Origin: Bacteroidota bacterium
GTDB taxonomy: Bacteria > Bacteroidota > Ignavibacteria > UBA10030
NCBI GenBank assembly: GCA_041695045.1
Contig: JBGFRR010000063.1
Coordinates: 5,754 to 69,753 of the forward strand
Direction of reading: 5' to 3'
DNA: 64,000 nt
The notes beneath the pieces are model-generated. The model was not told where the DNA came from and ran no database searches. It saw only the letters and a list, made by a program, of their open reading frames with translations. Position 1 is the stretch's first letter; each line of letters begins with the position of its first letter. Position numbers and translations under genes: made by a program. Of the stretch, positions 50,421 through 60,231 are shown in pieces.

Positions 50421-51512
50421 ATGTTGAACGTTCGTGACCTCCTCCGCCTCGCATCCGTTCCCCGCATCGGCCCACTCAAAATTCGCGCGCTCGTTGCGCA
50501 CTTCAAAGACCCTGCAGAGGTACTCTCCGCTTCGCCGCGAGAGCTTGTGCAAGTTCCCGGCATCGACAAGAAGCTCGCGTCCGCCATCGCTCATCACAAG
50601 AACGGCGAAGCATTTGCCGATGAGCAGCTCAAACGTCTCAACAAGGTCGGGGGACGCGTCGTGACGCTGTGGGATAAAGAGTATCCCGACTTGCTCAAGA
50701 GGATTTACGACCCGCCTGTATTCCTCTTCGTCCTCGGCAAGATTGCCAAACAGGATAGTGCGTCGGTAGCCATCGTCGGAACGCGACGGCCGAGCACCTA
50801 CGGCCAGCAGATTGCGGAAGAATTCAGTCGCGGACTTGCAAAACTCGGCATCACAACGGTGAGCGGGCTGGCTCGAGGCGTCGACACAATCGTTCATGCG
50901 TCGACGCTCAAAGCGGGGGGAAGAACGCTCGCGGTCATCGGCAGCGGGATCGATGTCTACTATCCACCGGAGAACAGAAAACTGCAAGAACAGATTGCTG
51001 AAAGCGGTGCGGTGATTTCAGAGTTTCCGATGGGAGCCAAACCGGATGCGCCGAATTTTCCGCGTAGGAATCGCCTCATCAGCGGGATTTCGCTCGGCAC
51101 AATCGTTATCGAGTCGGCGGAAGATGGCGGCGCGATGATCACCGCAACGACGGCGTTAGATCAGAACCGCGAGGTCTTTGCCGTACCCGGGAACATCAAC
51201 GAAAAACGAAGCGAAGGTACGAACAAGCTTATCCGCGACGGGCGGGCAAAGTTGGTAACCAGCCTGGAGGATGTGTTCGAGGAGTTGCGACTCCCTCATG
51301 CCACCGTAAAGCGCGAGAGAATACCCGCCATCGAGTTGAGCATGTTCGAACAACAGGTGGTGGACGTCCTCACGAGCGAGCCCCAGCACATCGACGTCAT
51401 CGCGGAGCGAGCGCAGGTCTCAACGTCCGATGCACTGGTGCGATTGCTTGGCCTTGAGTTCAAAGGCGTGGTGAAACAGTTGCCGGGGAAACATTTCATC
51501 CGTGCGGCATAG
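50421..51512 (+). CDS. dprA: DNA-processing protein A (Smf)
   Basis: ATG at 50421 (MLNVRDLLRLASVPRIGP...). Rossmann-like DprA core (SGLARGVDT) with a C-terminal winged-helix domain. Confidence 0.85.
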   Translation: MLNVRDLLRLASVPRIGPLKIRALVAHFKDPAEVLSASPRELVQVPGIDKKLASAIAHHKNGEAFADEQLKRLNKVGGRVVTLWDKEYPDLLKRIYDPPVFLFVLGKIAKQDSASVAIVGTRRPSTYGQQIAEEFSRGLAKLGITTVSGLARGVDTIVHASTLKAGGRTLAVIGSGIDVYYPPENRKLQEQIAESGAVISEFPMGAKPDAPNFPRRNRLISGISLGTIVIESAEDGGAMITATTALDQNREVFAVPGNINEKRSEGTNKLIRDGRAKLVTSLEDVFEELRLPHATVKRERIPAIELSMFEQQVVDVLTSEPQHIDVIAERAQVSTSDALVRLLGLEFKGVVKQLPGKHFIRAA

Positions 51513-51595
51513 TATCTCCCACGCCCTCTTCTATCCATCCACCAAGTGATCCCTCTCCCCGTCAGATCGAAGACTCCAACTTGCAACCTTCCTCG

Positions 51596-51670
51596 GGTGA
51601 CCAGTGGGATTTGAACCCACGACCTCCAGGGCCACAACCTGGCGTTCTAACCAACTGAACTATGGCCACC
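51596..51670 (-). tRNA. tRNA-His (anticodon GTG)
   Basis: Minus strand reads GGTGGCCATAGTTCAGTTGGTTAGAACGCCAGGTTGTGGCCCTGGAGGTCGTGGGTTCAAATCCCACTGGTCACCC. G(-1), 8-bp acceptor stem, anticodon loop TTGTGGC. Closely resembles E. coli tRNA-His. No encoded CCA. Confidence 0.9.
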
Positions 51671-51921
51671 ATGTGAAACCTGAAACCGAGCGGCAACCAA
51701 TCCCGCCAAACAGCGGCGGGATCCTCAAAACTTCAGCCACTCTCCCGACTCCGTCGGGTTCGTGGGAAGTTTTGGGACTGAACTATGGCCACCATGTGAA
51801 ACCTGAAACCGAGCGGCAACCAATCCCGCCAAACAGCGGCGGGATCCTCAAAACTTCAGCCACTCTCCCGACTCCGTCGGGTTCGTGGGAAGTTTTGGGA
51901 CTGAACTATGGCCACCATGTG
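51655..51921. repeat. Tandem direct repeat (123-bp unit, 2 full copies plus 21 bp) duplicating the tRNA-His 5' end and leader
   Basis: CTGAACTATGGCCACCATGTGAAACC... recurs at 51655, 51778 and 51901. Each copy contains the first 16 nt of the tRNA 5' end plus 107 nt of upstream leader. Confidence 0.85.
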
Positions 51922-52414
51922 CCATGAAGAACGGAAAATGAAAAATTCAAAAAAAGGATATTTCTACAGAACAATCAGGCTCGTGCATCGCTTTTGGAAA
52001 ACAACGGATTCCATTATGCCGTTGCCCATTCCCAAGAACGCAAAAGCCTGAGTTATCAGGCTTTTCGTGCATTACAAAATACCAAAAGTTGACCCCAAAG
52101 GCAAGCGGATTCTTTGGCGCTTCGAGGCAATTTTCCCTATCTTTGTGTCGCGTTAGTGTGCGAAACGAATCCCAACTCTCTTATGCAATCTCAACGTCCG
52201 CATACGAAGGCAACTCTCACCAAACCACTGCATCACCTGGCGCGCGACGTCCCAAACTGAAGTCGCAGCAGTCTCCCGGTCTGTCAACACGGCACGGTTT
52301 GTACGGCACGTCCGTCAACTTCGATGTGAACAGTCTCGCGCGCGCAACCCGCGGCACCGTGACGATAGAAACCATGACGTAGAATCACCGTAACATACCA
52401 AGGATCATCATCCG

Positions 52415-53329
52415 ATGAAAAAGAACTTCCTCTGTGTTCGAGATTTTACTTCAGAAGAAATTGTCAAAACATTCGATCTCGCCGCGGCGATGAAAGCCGA
52501 CCGCGCGAAGTTCAGCGAGGCACTCAAAGGAAAGACTCTCGCCCTCATTCTTGAAAAACCTTCACTACGCACACGCGTAACGTTCGACGTCGGTATTCAG
52601 CAGTTAGGCGGCTTCTCCGTCACGCTCCTTCCGTCAGAAATCAATCTGGGAAAACGTGAATCGGTGTACGATGTCGCGAAGAACCTCGAGCGCATGGTTC
52701 AGGGAATCATGATCCGGACGTTCGCGCACCAGATCGTCATCGATATGGCCAGATTTGCCTCCATCCCGGTAATCAACGCACTCACAGATTACTCGCATCC
52801 GTGTCAGGCAATGGCGGATTACTTCACGGTGCAAGAGGTGAAAGGAACTCTCAAGGGTCTCAAGCTCTGCTATGTCGGCGACGGCAACAACGTTGCCCAT
52901 TCGTTGATGGTTGCCGGGGCCCGGCTCGGCGTCCATGTTACTGTGGTATGCCCGGAAGGGCACAAGCCGAAACCGCAGGCCATTGAGCATGCCCGCGAAG
53001 ATGCAAAGCTGACAGGCGCATCGATCGAGATCGTCCATGATCCCGTGGCTGGAGTGAACGGCGCAGATATTGTCTACACCGACGTCTGGGCATCGATGGG
53101 ACAGGAGTCCGAAGCCGAGGCACGGAAAAAGGTCTTCCTGCCGTTCCAGGTAAATAGCACGCTCATGTCCCACGCTAAGAACGACGCGATCTTCATGCAC
53201 TGCCTCCCCGCGCACCGGGGTGAAGAAGTGACTGACGAGGTGATCGATTCTCCCAACTCGGTTGTCTTCCAGGAAGCGGAAAACCGTCTCCACGTTCAGA
53301 AAGCAATCATGTACCAACTTATGAAATGA
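52415..53329 (+). CDS. argF: Ornithine carbamoyltransferase
   Basis: 304 aa; STRTR and HPCQ (DYSHPCQAMAD) motifs and the HCLP motif are OTC signatures. Confidence 0.8.
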   Translation: MKKNFLCVRDFTSEEIVKTFDLAAAMKADRAKFSEALKGKTLALILEKPSLRTRVTFDVGIQQLGGFSVTLLPSEINLGKRESVYDVAKNLERMVQGIMIRTFAHQIVIDMARFASIPVINALTDYSHPCQAMADYFTVQEVKGTLKGLKLCYVGDGNNVAHSLMVAGARLGVHVTVVCPEGHKPKPQAIEHAREDAKLTGASIEIVHDPVAGVNGADIVYTDVWASMGQESEAEARKKVFLPFQVNSTLMSHAKNDAIFMHCLPAHRGEEVTDEVIDSPNSVVFQEAENRLHVQKAIMYQLMK

Positions 53330-54285
53330 CCATAACCACTGTTGTACGAAAAAGCGCCGTGATTGCGATCGGAGGAAATTCGTTGCTCCGTGCTGGTGAA
53401 CGCGGAACAATTGAAGAGCAACTCCGAAACGCACATACCACGGCTCGCGCTATTGTCCGTCTCGTTGAACGCGGGTGGAAAATCGTGATTACGCATGGAA
53501 ACGGGCCGCAGGTTGGTGCAGCACTTCTCCGTTCAGAGCGCGCCGCAGCAGAGGTGTACACCCATCCCCTCGACGTGTGTGTGGCGACGACTCAATGCGA
53601 GATCGGCTATCTTCTGCAGCGCGCGATGGAATTCGAACTCCGGCAAATCGGCCTCTTTACTCCCATCATGACGGTTCTGACGCAAGTCAGGGTCAATAAA
53701 GATGACCCTGCTTTTCAGAATCCAACGAAACCAATCGGCCCTTTCTACTCGAAGCTCGATGCAGAAGAAAAACAGCGGCGGTTTGGTTGGAAGATGGTCG
53801 AAGATCCGGCGCGCGGCTACCGTCGCGTCGTGCCCTCCCCTGAGCCCGTCGAGGTTTTTGAAGAAGACATTATCCGGAAGATCCTCGGCCTTGGGATGAT
53901 CGTGATCGCCGTGGGCGGCGGTGGTATTCCCGTCATCGAACATCCCGGATACAAAGTAGAAGGAGTGGAAGCAGTCATCGACAAAGACCGGGCTTCGGCG
54001 TTGTTGGCAGCGGGACTGGGCGTTGATCTCTTTCTTATCAGTACCGATGCAGATCAGGTCTACCTGGATTTCACGAAGCCGACCAAACGCGGCATCCCCA
54101 AGGCGACGGCCTCGGAGATGGCTTCCCATTTGAAGGCGGGGCAGTTTCCCGCCGGAAGCATGGGACCCAAAGTCGAGTCCGCAATTCAATTCCTCCACAA
54201 AGGGGGGAAAGAAGTTATCATCACATCGTTTAAGTATCTTCTCGAAGCGATCGACGGCAAAATGGGAACGCATATCGTCCCATAA
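53326..54285 (+). CDS. arcC: Carbamate kinase
   Basis: 319 aa; AVIAIGGNSL...ITHGNGPQVG is the carbamate kinase signature. ATGA overlap with argF. Confidence 0.85.
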   Translation: MTITTVVRKSAVIAIGGNSLLRAGERGTIEEQLRNAHTTARAIVRLVERGWKIVITHGNGPQVGAALLRSERAAAEVYTHPLDVCVATTQCEIGYLLQRAMEFELRQIGLFTPIMTVLTQVRVNKDDPAFQNPTKPIGPFYSKLDAEEKQRRFGWKMVEDPARGYRRVVPSPEPVEVFEEDIIRKILGLGMIVIAVGGGGIPVIEHPGYKVEGVEAVIDKDRASALLAAGLGVDLFLISTDADQVYLDFTKPTKRGIPKATASEMASHLKAGQFPAGSMGPKVESAIQFLHKGGKEVIITSFKYLLEAIDGKMGTHIVP

Positions 54286-54303
54286 AACAAGAGCGAGAAT
54301 CCT

Positions 54304-55221
54304 ATGAAACTCAATCACGTGATGAGCTCTCAGCAGTTTTCCGTTCCTATGCTGATGGAGTTGTTTCACCGGACGCGGCACATGGAGCGCATCGTTCAGC
54401 GGGGCGGCACAAAGGATTATCAGGATAAAATTATGGCCACACTCTTCTACAGGCCATCAACCCGAACACGCTTCTCATTCGAGGCGGCGATGCATCGTCT
54501 CGGCGGAGGGGTACTCTCAACGGAGTTTGCCAACGAATTTTCCTCCGAGGTGAAGGGGGAACAACTCGAAGACACCATCCGCATTATTGGAACTCATTGC
54601 GATGTCATTGTTTTGCGGCATTCAGAGGAGGGAGGAGCCGCGCGGGCCGCGGCGGTCTCTCCCGTTCCGGTGATCAACGCGGGGGACGGACAGGGAGGGC
54701 AACATCCGACTCAGGCCTTGCTCGACCTCTACACGATTTACAACGAATGCAAGACGCTCGACGGATTGTCGGTAGCGATGATCGGGGCACTGGATACCGG
54801 CCGTACAGTCCGCTCTCTGGCGTACCTGCTGAGCAAATTTGAACGGACAAAACTCTACTTCCTCGCTCCCCCAGAGATGCAGGTAAGGCACGATATCCTG
54901 AATCATCTGGATGAGAACAGCGTTGCATACGAAATCGCTTCCGACCCGTCCACTGTTTTGCCTCAGGTTGATGTCGTGTACCAAACGAGAATCGACCGGG
55001 AGAGACTTCACAAGAGCGATGTCGACCTCTCGCAGTATAACATCGACGCGAAGACTCTGGCACGGATGAAACCGAATGCCATCATCATGCATCCTCTTCC
55101 CCGGTCGGTGGAAATCGATGCTTCTGTGGATCAGGATCCTCGTTCGGCCTATTTCCGCCAATCACGAAACGGTCTCTTCGTTCGAATGGCATTGTTGACG
55201 TTACTCTTCGATTATCCTTAG
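54304..55221 (+). CDS. pyrB: Aspartate carbamoyltransferase catalytic subunit
   Basis: 305 aa; STRTR, HPTQ (GGQHPTQALLD) and HPLPR motifs typical of ATCase. No pyrI follows. Confidence 0.75.
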   Translation: MKLNHVMSSQQFSVPMLMELFHRTRHMERIVQRGGTKDYQDKIMATLFYRPSTRTRFSFEAAMHRLGGGVLSTEFANEFSSEVKGEQLEDTIRIIGTHCDVIVLRHSEEGGAARAAAVSPVPVINAGDGQGGQHPTQALLDLYTIYNECKTLDGLSVAMIGALDTGRTVRSLAYLLSKFERTKLYFLAPPEMQVRHDILNHLDENSVAYEIASDPSTVLPQVDVVYQTRIDRERLHKSDVDLSQYNIDAKTLARMKPNAIIMHPLPRSVEIDASVDQDPRSAYFRQSRNGLFVRMALLTLLFDYP

Positions 55222-55240
55222 CAAAGACTGGTGGTGCAAA

Positions 55241-56479
55241 ATGAAAACGAACGATTACATCGAACTCGAACAGAAGTACGGCGCCCGGAACTACGCTCCT
55301 CTCGACATCGTCCTCCAAAAAGGAGAAGGCGTCTGGGTCACCGACGTTGACGGCAAGAGGTACATGGATTGCCTTGCAGCGTACTCTGCGCTGAACCAAG
55401 GGCACTGTCATCCCCGCATCGTCGAAGCATTCACCGCGCAGGCGCGTGAACTCTCCTTGACGAGCCGCGCCTTTCGAAATGACAAACTCGGCCTTCTCTA
55501 CAAAGAGCTTCATCGGCAGACAGGATATGAGATGTTCCTGCCGATGAACTCAGGTGCGGAAGCAGTGGAAACAGCGGTCAAGGCGGCACAGAAGTGGGGA
55601 TACACAAAAAAAGGTATCCCGGAAAACAGAGCCGAGATCATCTGCGCGTCGGAGAACTTCCACGGCCGCACGACAACGATCATCAGCTTTTCGACTGAAA
55701 AGCAGTACCGTGAGGGATTCGGGCCCTACACGCCGGGGTTCCCGATCGTCCGCTATGGCGATCTTGAGGATTTGAAGTCGAAGATTACTCCACATACCGC
55801 CGCGTTCCTCGTTGAACCCATCCAGGGAGAGTCAGGGGTTGTGATCCCCCCCGACGGCTATCTGAAAGAAGCGGCAGAAATCTGTCGAACCAACAACATG
55901 CTCCTGATCCTCGATGAGATTCAATCGGGATTGGGGCGGGCGGGAAAGATGTTTGCCTTCGAGTACGAAGGAATTCGGCCCGATATGGTCATCATCGGCA
56001 AAGCACTCTCCGGCGGATTGTATCCGGTCTCTGCCGTTCTCTCCCGAGCAGACATCCTCGGTGTGTTCAACCCTGGCGAGCATGGATCGACGTTTGGCGG
56101 AAACCCCCTCGCCTGTGCCACCGCAATCGCCGCGCTCCGCGTGATTGAAGAAGAGAAGCTGGTGGAGCGTTCGTTTGAATTGGGCAAATACTTTCTGCAA
56201 AAGCTTCTGACGATCCGGAGTCCGCGCGTCAAGAAGATTCGAGGACGAGGATTATGGATCGGCATAGTCCTCGATACGAATGCACGCCCATACTGCGAGG
56301 CGCTGATGGAGAAAGGGATCCTCTGCAAGGAAACACACGACACCGTGATACGCATCGCGCCCCCCTTGATCATCACAAAGGATGAAATTGATTGGGCATT
56401 TGAGCGATTCAAGAGTGTGATTGAAAATCTCGTCACAACAAGAACAGCAGAAGAGAGGAAACTTGTATGGCAGAAATGA
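55241..56479 (+). CDS. rocD: Ornithine--oxo-acid aminotransferase (class III PLP aminotransferase)
   Basis: 412 aa; YSALNQGHCHP OAT-type motif and the class III PLP-lysine region. Confidence 0.8.
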   Translation: MKTNDYIELEQKYGARNYAPLDIVLQKGEGVWVTDVDGKRYMDCLAAYSALNQGHCHPRIVEAFTAQARELSLTSRAFRNDKLGLLYKELHRQTGYEMFLPMNSGAEAVETAVKAAQKWGYTKKGIPENRAEIICASENFHGRTTTIISFSTEKQYREGFGPYTPGFPIVRYGDLEDLKSKITPHTAAFLVEPIQGESGVVIPPDGYLKEAAEICRTNNMLLILDEIQSGLGRAGKMFAFEYEGIRPDMVIIGKALSGGLYPVSAVLSRADILGVFNPGEHGSTFGGNPLACATAIAALRVIEEEKLVERSFELGKYFLQKLLTIRSPRVKKIRGRGLWIGIVLDTNARPYCEALMEKGILCKETHDTVIRIAPPLIITKDEIDWAFERFKSVIENLVTTRTAEERKLVWQK

Positions 56480-57801
56480 AGCGCGTGAGAACGATCATCA
56501 TCGGTGCAGCGGGACGCGATTTCCACAACTTCAACATGATCTATCGCGACAACGAGCGATATGACGTCGTCGCATTCACGGCCGCACAGATTCCGAATAT
56601 TGCAGGGCGAAAATACCCTGCTTCATTGGCCGGGAAACTGTACCCGAAGGGAATTCCCATTTTCAGGGAACAGGACCTTGAAAAGATCATTCGCGAGTAC
56701 GATGTCGAAGAAGCGGTCTTCTCGTACAGCGACATCTCCTACAACCATGTCATGAGCATCGGTTCGCGAGTCACGACGGCCGGTGCCCACTTCAAGATTC
56801 TCAGCATCCCCGACACGATGCTCGTTTCCAAGAAACCCGTCGTTTCGGTTTGCGCCGTACGGACTGGAAGTGGAAAAAGTCAGACGTGCAGAAAGGTTTC
56901 GCGCATTCTTCGGGATCTCGGGTACAAAGTCGCCGTCGTGCGTCATCCGATGCCGTATGGGGACTTGGAGAAGCAGAAGGTTCAGCGCTTTGCCACCGTT
57001 CAAGACCTCCATCGCCATCACTGCACCATCGAAGAGATGGAGGAATACGAGCCGCACATCACGAGCGGCAGCATTGTTTACGCGGGAGTGGACTATCAGC
57101 CAATTCTGGAGGACGCAGAGCGGGAAGCGGATATGATCATCTGGGACGGAGGCAACAACGATTCCCCCTTCTTCGAGCCGGATCTTACGATCGTCGTCAC
57201 CGATCCTCTCCGCGTCGGCAACGAGCTTACCTACTATCCGGGGGAGTCAAATCTCCGGATGGCTGACGTTGTGATTATCAACAAGATCGATTCGGCGGAA
57301 CCCCGCGCGATATTTGCTCTGCGCGAAAACATCCGCAAAGTGAACACATTCGGGCGAATCATCGAAGCGGCGTCTCCGATTTTCGCGGAACACAGCGATA
57401 AGATCGCGGGAAAACGGGTTTTGGTCATCGAGGATGGACCGACTCTGACACACGGGGAGATGCGATACGGAGCCGGGACCGTCGCCGCACAGAAGTTCGG
57501 CGCGTCGGAGATCATCGATCCGCGTCCCTACGCCGTCGGTGAAATCAAGAAGACCTATGAGATGTATCCCAACATCGGCATCCTTCTTCCGGCAATGGGA
57601 TATGGTAAGCAACAGATCAAGGATCTTGAGGCGACCATCAACAAAACCCCATGCGACGCGGTCGTCATCGGAACACCCATCAACCTCACACGTATTGTGA
57701 AGATGAAGAAGCCTGCGTACCGCGTCTACTATGAACTTGAGGAGATCGGCGAGCCGAGTCTCAAGAGCATTCTGACGGCATTCACAACAACCATGAAGTA
57801 G
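56467..57801 (+). CDS. COG2403-like P-loop protein (cyclic 2,3-diphosphoglycerate synthetase-like predicted GTPase)
   Basis: 444 aa; Rossmann-like N-domain plus an embedded P-loop (VRTGSGKSQT). An alternative ATG at 56476 forms an ATGA overlap with the rocD stop. Family assignment is from memory and moderately certain. Confidence 0.5.
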   Translation: MAEMKRVRTIIIGAAGRDFHNFNMIYRDNERYDVVAFTAAQIPNIAGRKYPASLAGKLYPKGIPIFREQDLEKIIREYDVEEAVFSYSDISYNHVMSIGSRVTTAGAHFKILSIPDTMLVSKKPVVSVCAVRTGSGKSQTCRKVSRILRDLGYKVAVVRHPMPYGDLEKQKVQRFATVQDLHRHHCTIEEMEEYEPHITSGSIVYAGVDYQPILEDAEREADMIIWDGGNNDSPFFEPDLTIVVTDPLRVGNELTYYPGESNLRMADVVIINKIDSAEPRAIFALRENIRKVNTFGRIIEAASPIFAEHSDKIAGKRVLVIEDGPTLTHGEMRYGAGTVAAQKFGASEIIDPRPYAVGEIKKTYEMYPNIGILLPAMGYGKQQIKDLEATINKTPCDAVVIGTPINLTRIVKMKKPAYRVYYELEEIGEPSLKSILTAFTTTMK

Positions 57802-58018
57802 CGGATCTACGGCAGTACAGAATGCGCATCTCGACCGTCCATCCCTTCTCGTCACCTGCGTAAAGCCCGTGATGCCCGGCCGCTGCCAGACGGATGAAGG
57901 CAAATCAGAAGCAGCGGTGGCGTCGATTGTTCATCATTCCAAACATCCGCGGGTTGCTTTCACTTGTACTTTTTTTTGACTATACTGCTTCTGCATTTGC
58001 GAATGATGTCATAGTGCG

Positions 58019-58234
58019 ATGGCCACACCACAGGGGATATCGATCCACCCGGACACCGCGACCCTCCGGTTCGCGTGCGACCTCCAGCGCTGTCAAGGAG
58101 CGTGCTGCACACTCCCCGGCGGCCGAGGTGCCCCGTTATTTGACAGCGAAGTAGGAGAAATCGAGAAGGCGTATTCCGAACTCGTTCGTCTTGCACATCT
58201 GAATGAAGAATCCGAGGAACTGGCCGAGCGATGA
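58019..58234 (+). CDS. Small Cys-motif protein (CxxxxCxGACC, UPF0153/YkgJ-like half) translationally coupled to rpoN
   Basis: 71 aa. ATGA overlap with the rpoN start. Motif FACDLQRCQGACCTLPGG. GC-rich codon usage matches the neighbours. Confidence 0.4.
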   Translation: MATPQGISIHPDTATLRFACDLQRCQGACCTLPGGRGAPLFDSEVGEIEKAYSELVRLAHLNEESEELAER

Positions 58235-59676
58235 TCAATCTGCAGCAACAACTCCGCATGGGTTTGAAACTGACGCCGCAGCAGGTGCAGTACCTTAAGC
58301 TGTTGCAGCTTCCGACCATCGCCATGGAACAGCGGATCAAAACGGAGCTCGAGCTGAACCCTATGTTAGAGATTGATGAAAGCATGACGCAGACACTCGA
58401 GCAGGAGGAGCCGGAAGCGGTACTCGAACAGGTCGGCGAAGACGGTGCCGAGAAGAAGGCGGAGGATTCCTATACGCTTGACGATTACATGAACGACGAC
58501 CTGGAAGGATACAAGAGCCCCGAGCGCTCGTTCAACACACCGGATGACGAAGAAGCCTACGAACCCCTCATCCCCTCAACAATCCCGCTGTCTGAACGCC
58601 TGCTTTCGCAGTTTCGCCTTCTCGATGTCGATGAGACCGACATTCTGCTCGCAGAAGAGATCATCGGCAATGTGGATGAGGATGGATATCTGCGGCGCGA
58701 GTTAGCGCTCATTGTGCAGGATTTGAACTTGAGCTTTGGACTCTCCATCGGCATTGAACACGCCGAGTGCGTACTCAAGAAGATTCAACAGTTAGACCCG
58801 CCGGGGATAGGCGCACGTCATCTGCAGGAGTGTCTCATTGCCCAACTGACTGTGGGAAAATTCGACCCCGTGCTGAAAGAGCTTGCGCTCCGGATTGTGC
58901 GAGACTGTTTCGACGACCTCAAGCAGAAACGGTTCGATACACTCACTCAACATCTGCAGATTTCGACCGACACACTGAAGAAGGTGCTCGACCTTATCCA
59001 GCATCTCAACCCGAAGCCCGGCGAAGGACAGTTCACACCGCATGAGAACTACATTACCCCGGATTTCATCGTGCGAAAGGATGACGACGATTTCATCATC
59101 CTCCTGAACGATAGAAACATTCCACCCCTCCGGCTCAACCGGGCGTACAAGGAGCTTGCCACCGCGCGCAATCGGAAAACAGACCGCGAAGCGAAAGATT
59201 TCATCAGAAAAAAATTTGAATCCGCTAAATGGTTTATCGCCTCCATCCACCAGCGGAGGGAGACGCTGCTGAAAGTCATGCGCGCCATCATCGACCGGCA
59301 GCGGCAGTGGTTCGAAGAGGGAGAGGTGCTGAAGCCGATGATTTACAAGGACATTGCCGGTGCGGTCGGCGTGGATATTTCGACGATCAGCCGCGTCGTA
59401 AACAACAAGTATGTGCAGACGGAGTACGGCGTCTTTCCGCTCAAGTACTTCTTCACGGCGGGACTCGAATCGGAGAACGGCGAGAACATTTCCAACCTGA
59501 TGGTGAAACAACACGTCAAAGAAATCATCGACACCGAAGACCCGCAGAAGCCACTGAACGACGACCAGATTGCCGAAATCCTCCGCTCCGAAGGCATCAA
59601 GATTGCGCGTCGAACCGTAGCCAAATACCGCGAGATGCTCGGCCTCCCCGTTGCACGCATGAGAAGAAAACTGTAG
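58231..59676 (+). CDS. rpoN: RNA polymerase sigma-54 factor
   Basis: 481 aa; Gln-rich N-terminal region I ([27 protein letters not shown]) and C-terminal RpoN box [10 protein letters not shown]. Confidence 0.9.
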   Translation: MINLQQQLRMGLKLTPQQVQYLKLLQLPTIAMEQRIKTELELNPMLEIDESMTQTLEQEEPEAVLEQVGEDGAEKKAEDSYTLDDYMNDDLEGYKSPERSFNTPDDEEAYEPLIPSTIPLSERLLSQFRLLDVDETDILLAEEIIGNVDEDGYLRRELALIVQDLNLSFGLSIGIEHAECVLKKIQQLDPPGIGARHLQECLIAQLTVGKFDPVLKELALRIVRDCFDDLKQKRFDTLTQHLQISTDTLKKVLDLIQHLNPKPGEGQFTPHENYITPDFIVRKDDDDFIILLNDRNIPPLRLNRAYKELATARNRKTDREAKDFIRKKFESAKWFIASIHQRRETLLKVMRAIIDRQRQWFEEGEVLKPMIYKDIAGAVGVDISTISRVVNNKYVQTEYGVFPLKYFFTAGLESENGENISNLMVKQHVKEIIDTEDPQKPLNDDQIAEILRSEGIKIARRTVAKYREMLGLPVARMRRKL

Positions 59677-59689
59677 AAGGCACGACACC

Positions 59690-60229
59690 ATGAGCACACC
59701 GATGGTTCATGCAACAACCATTCTCGGAGTTCGAAACAACGGCAAGGTCGCGATTGGTAGCGACGGGCAAGTCACGGTCGGTACGACGGTGATGAAACAG
59801 CGTTCGAACAAAATCCGCCGCCTCTACAACGACGCCGTCCTCGTCGGGTTCGCCGGTGCTGCCGCGGATGCGTTCAGCCTGTTAGAGCGGTTCGAGGAAA
59901 AGCTCGAGCAGCATAACGGCCAGCTCGTTCGCTCAGCCGTCGAGCTTGCGAAGCTCTGGCGCACCGACAAATATCTCCGCCAGCTTGAGGCACTCCTCGC
60001 CGTGCTCGACAAAGACCATGCGCTCATCATCTCCGGCACTGGCGACGTCATCGAGCCGGACGACGGCATTGTCGCCGTCGGCTCGGGTGGCAGCTACGCA
60101 CTCGCCGCAGCGCGCATGTTAGTCAAACACACGTCGCTAGACGCCCGCGAGATTGTGCAGGAAGCGCTTGAGACGGCGGCAGACATCTGCATCTACACGA
60201 ACAAGCATTTCCACATCGAGGAATTGTGA
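59690..60229 (+). CDS. hslV: ATP-dependent protease subunit HslV
   Basis: 179 aa; TTILGVR N-terminal Thr nucleophile region. Confidence 0.9.
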   Translation: MSTPMVHATTILGVRNNGKVAIGSDGQVTVGTTVMKQRSNKIRRLYNDAVLVGFAGAAADAFSLLERFEEKLEQHNGQLVRSAVELAKLWRTDKYLRQLEALLAVLDKDHALIISGTGDVIEPDDGIVAVGSGGSYALAAARMLVKHTSLDAREIVQEALETAADICIYTNKHFHIEEL

Positions 60230-60231
60230 CG

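Noticed and set aside
51655-51921. Possible CRISPR array (direct repeats)
   Set aside because: The repeat unit is 123 bp with no intervening unique spacers and contains a tRNA 5' fragment. There are no cas genes. It is a tandem duplication, not CRISPR.
51604-51927. 107-aa plus-strand ORF ([32 protein letters not shown]...) with an internally repeated peptide
   Set aside because: It is the translation of the antisense of tRNA-His plus the tandem 123-bp repeats. The peptide repeat simply mirrors the DNA repeat.
52634-54381. Two long minus-strand ORFs (266 aa and 282 aa)
   Set aside because: Antisense to argF and arcC respectively. No motifs.
58792-59697. 301-aa minus-strand ORF
   Set aside because: Antisense to rpoN, which has unambiguous sigma-54 signatures.
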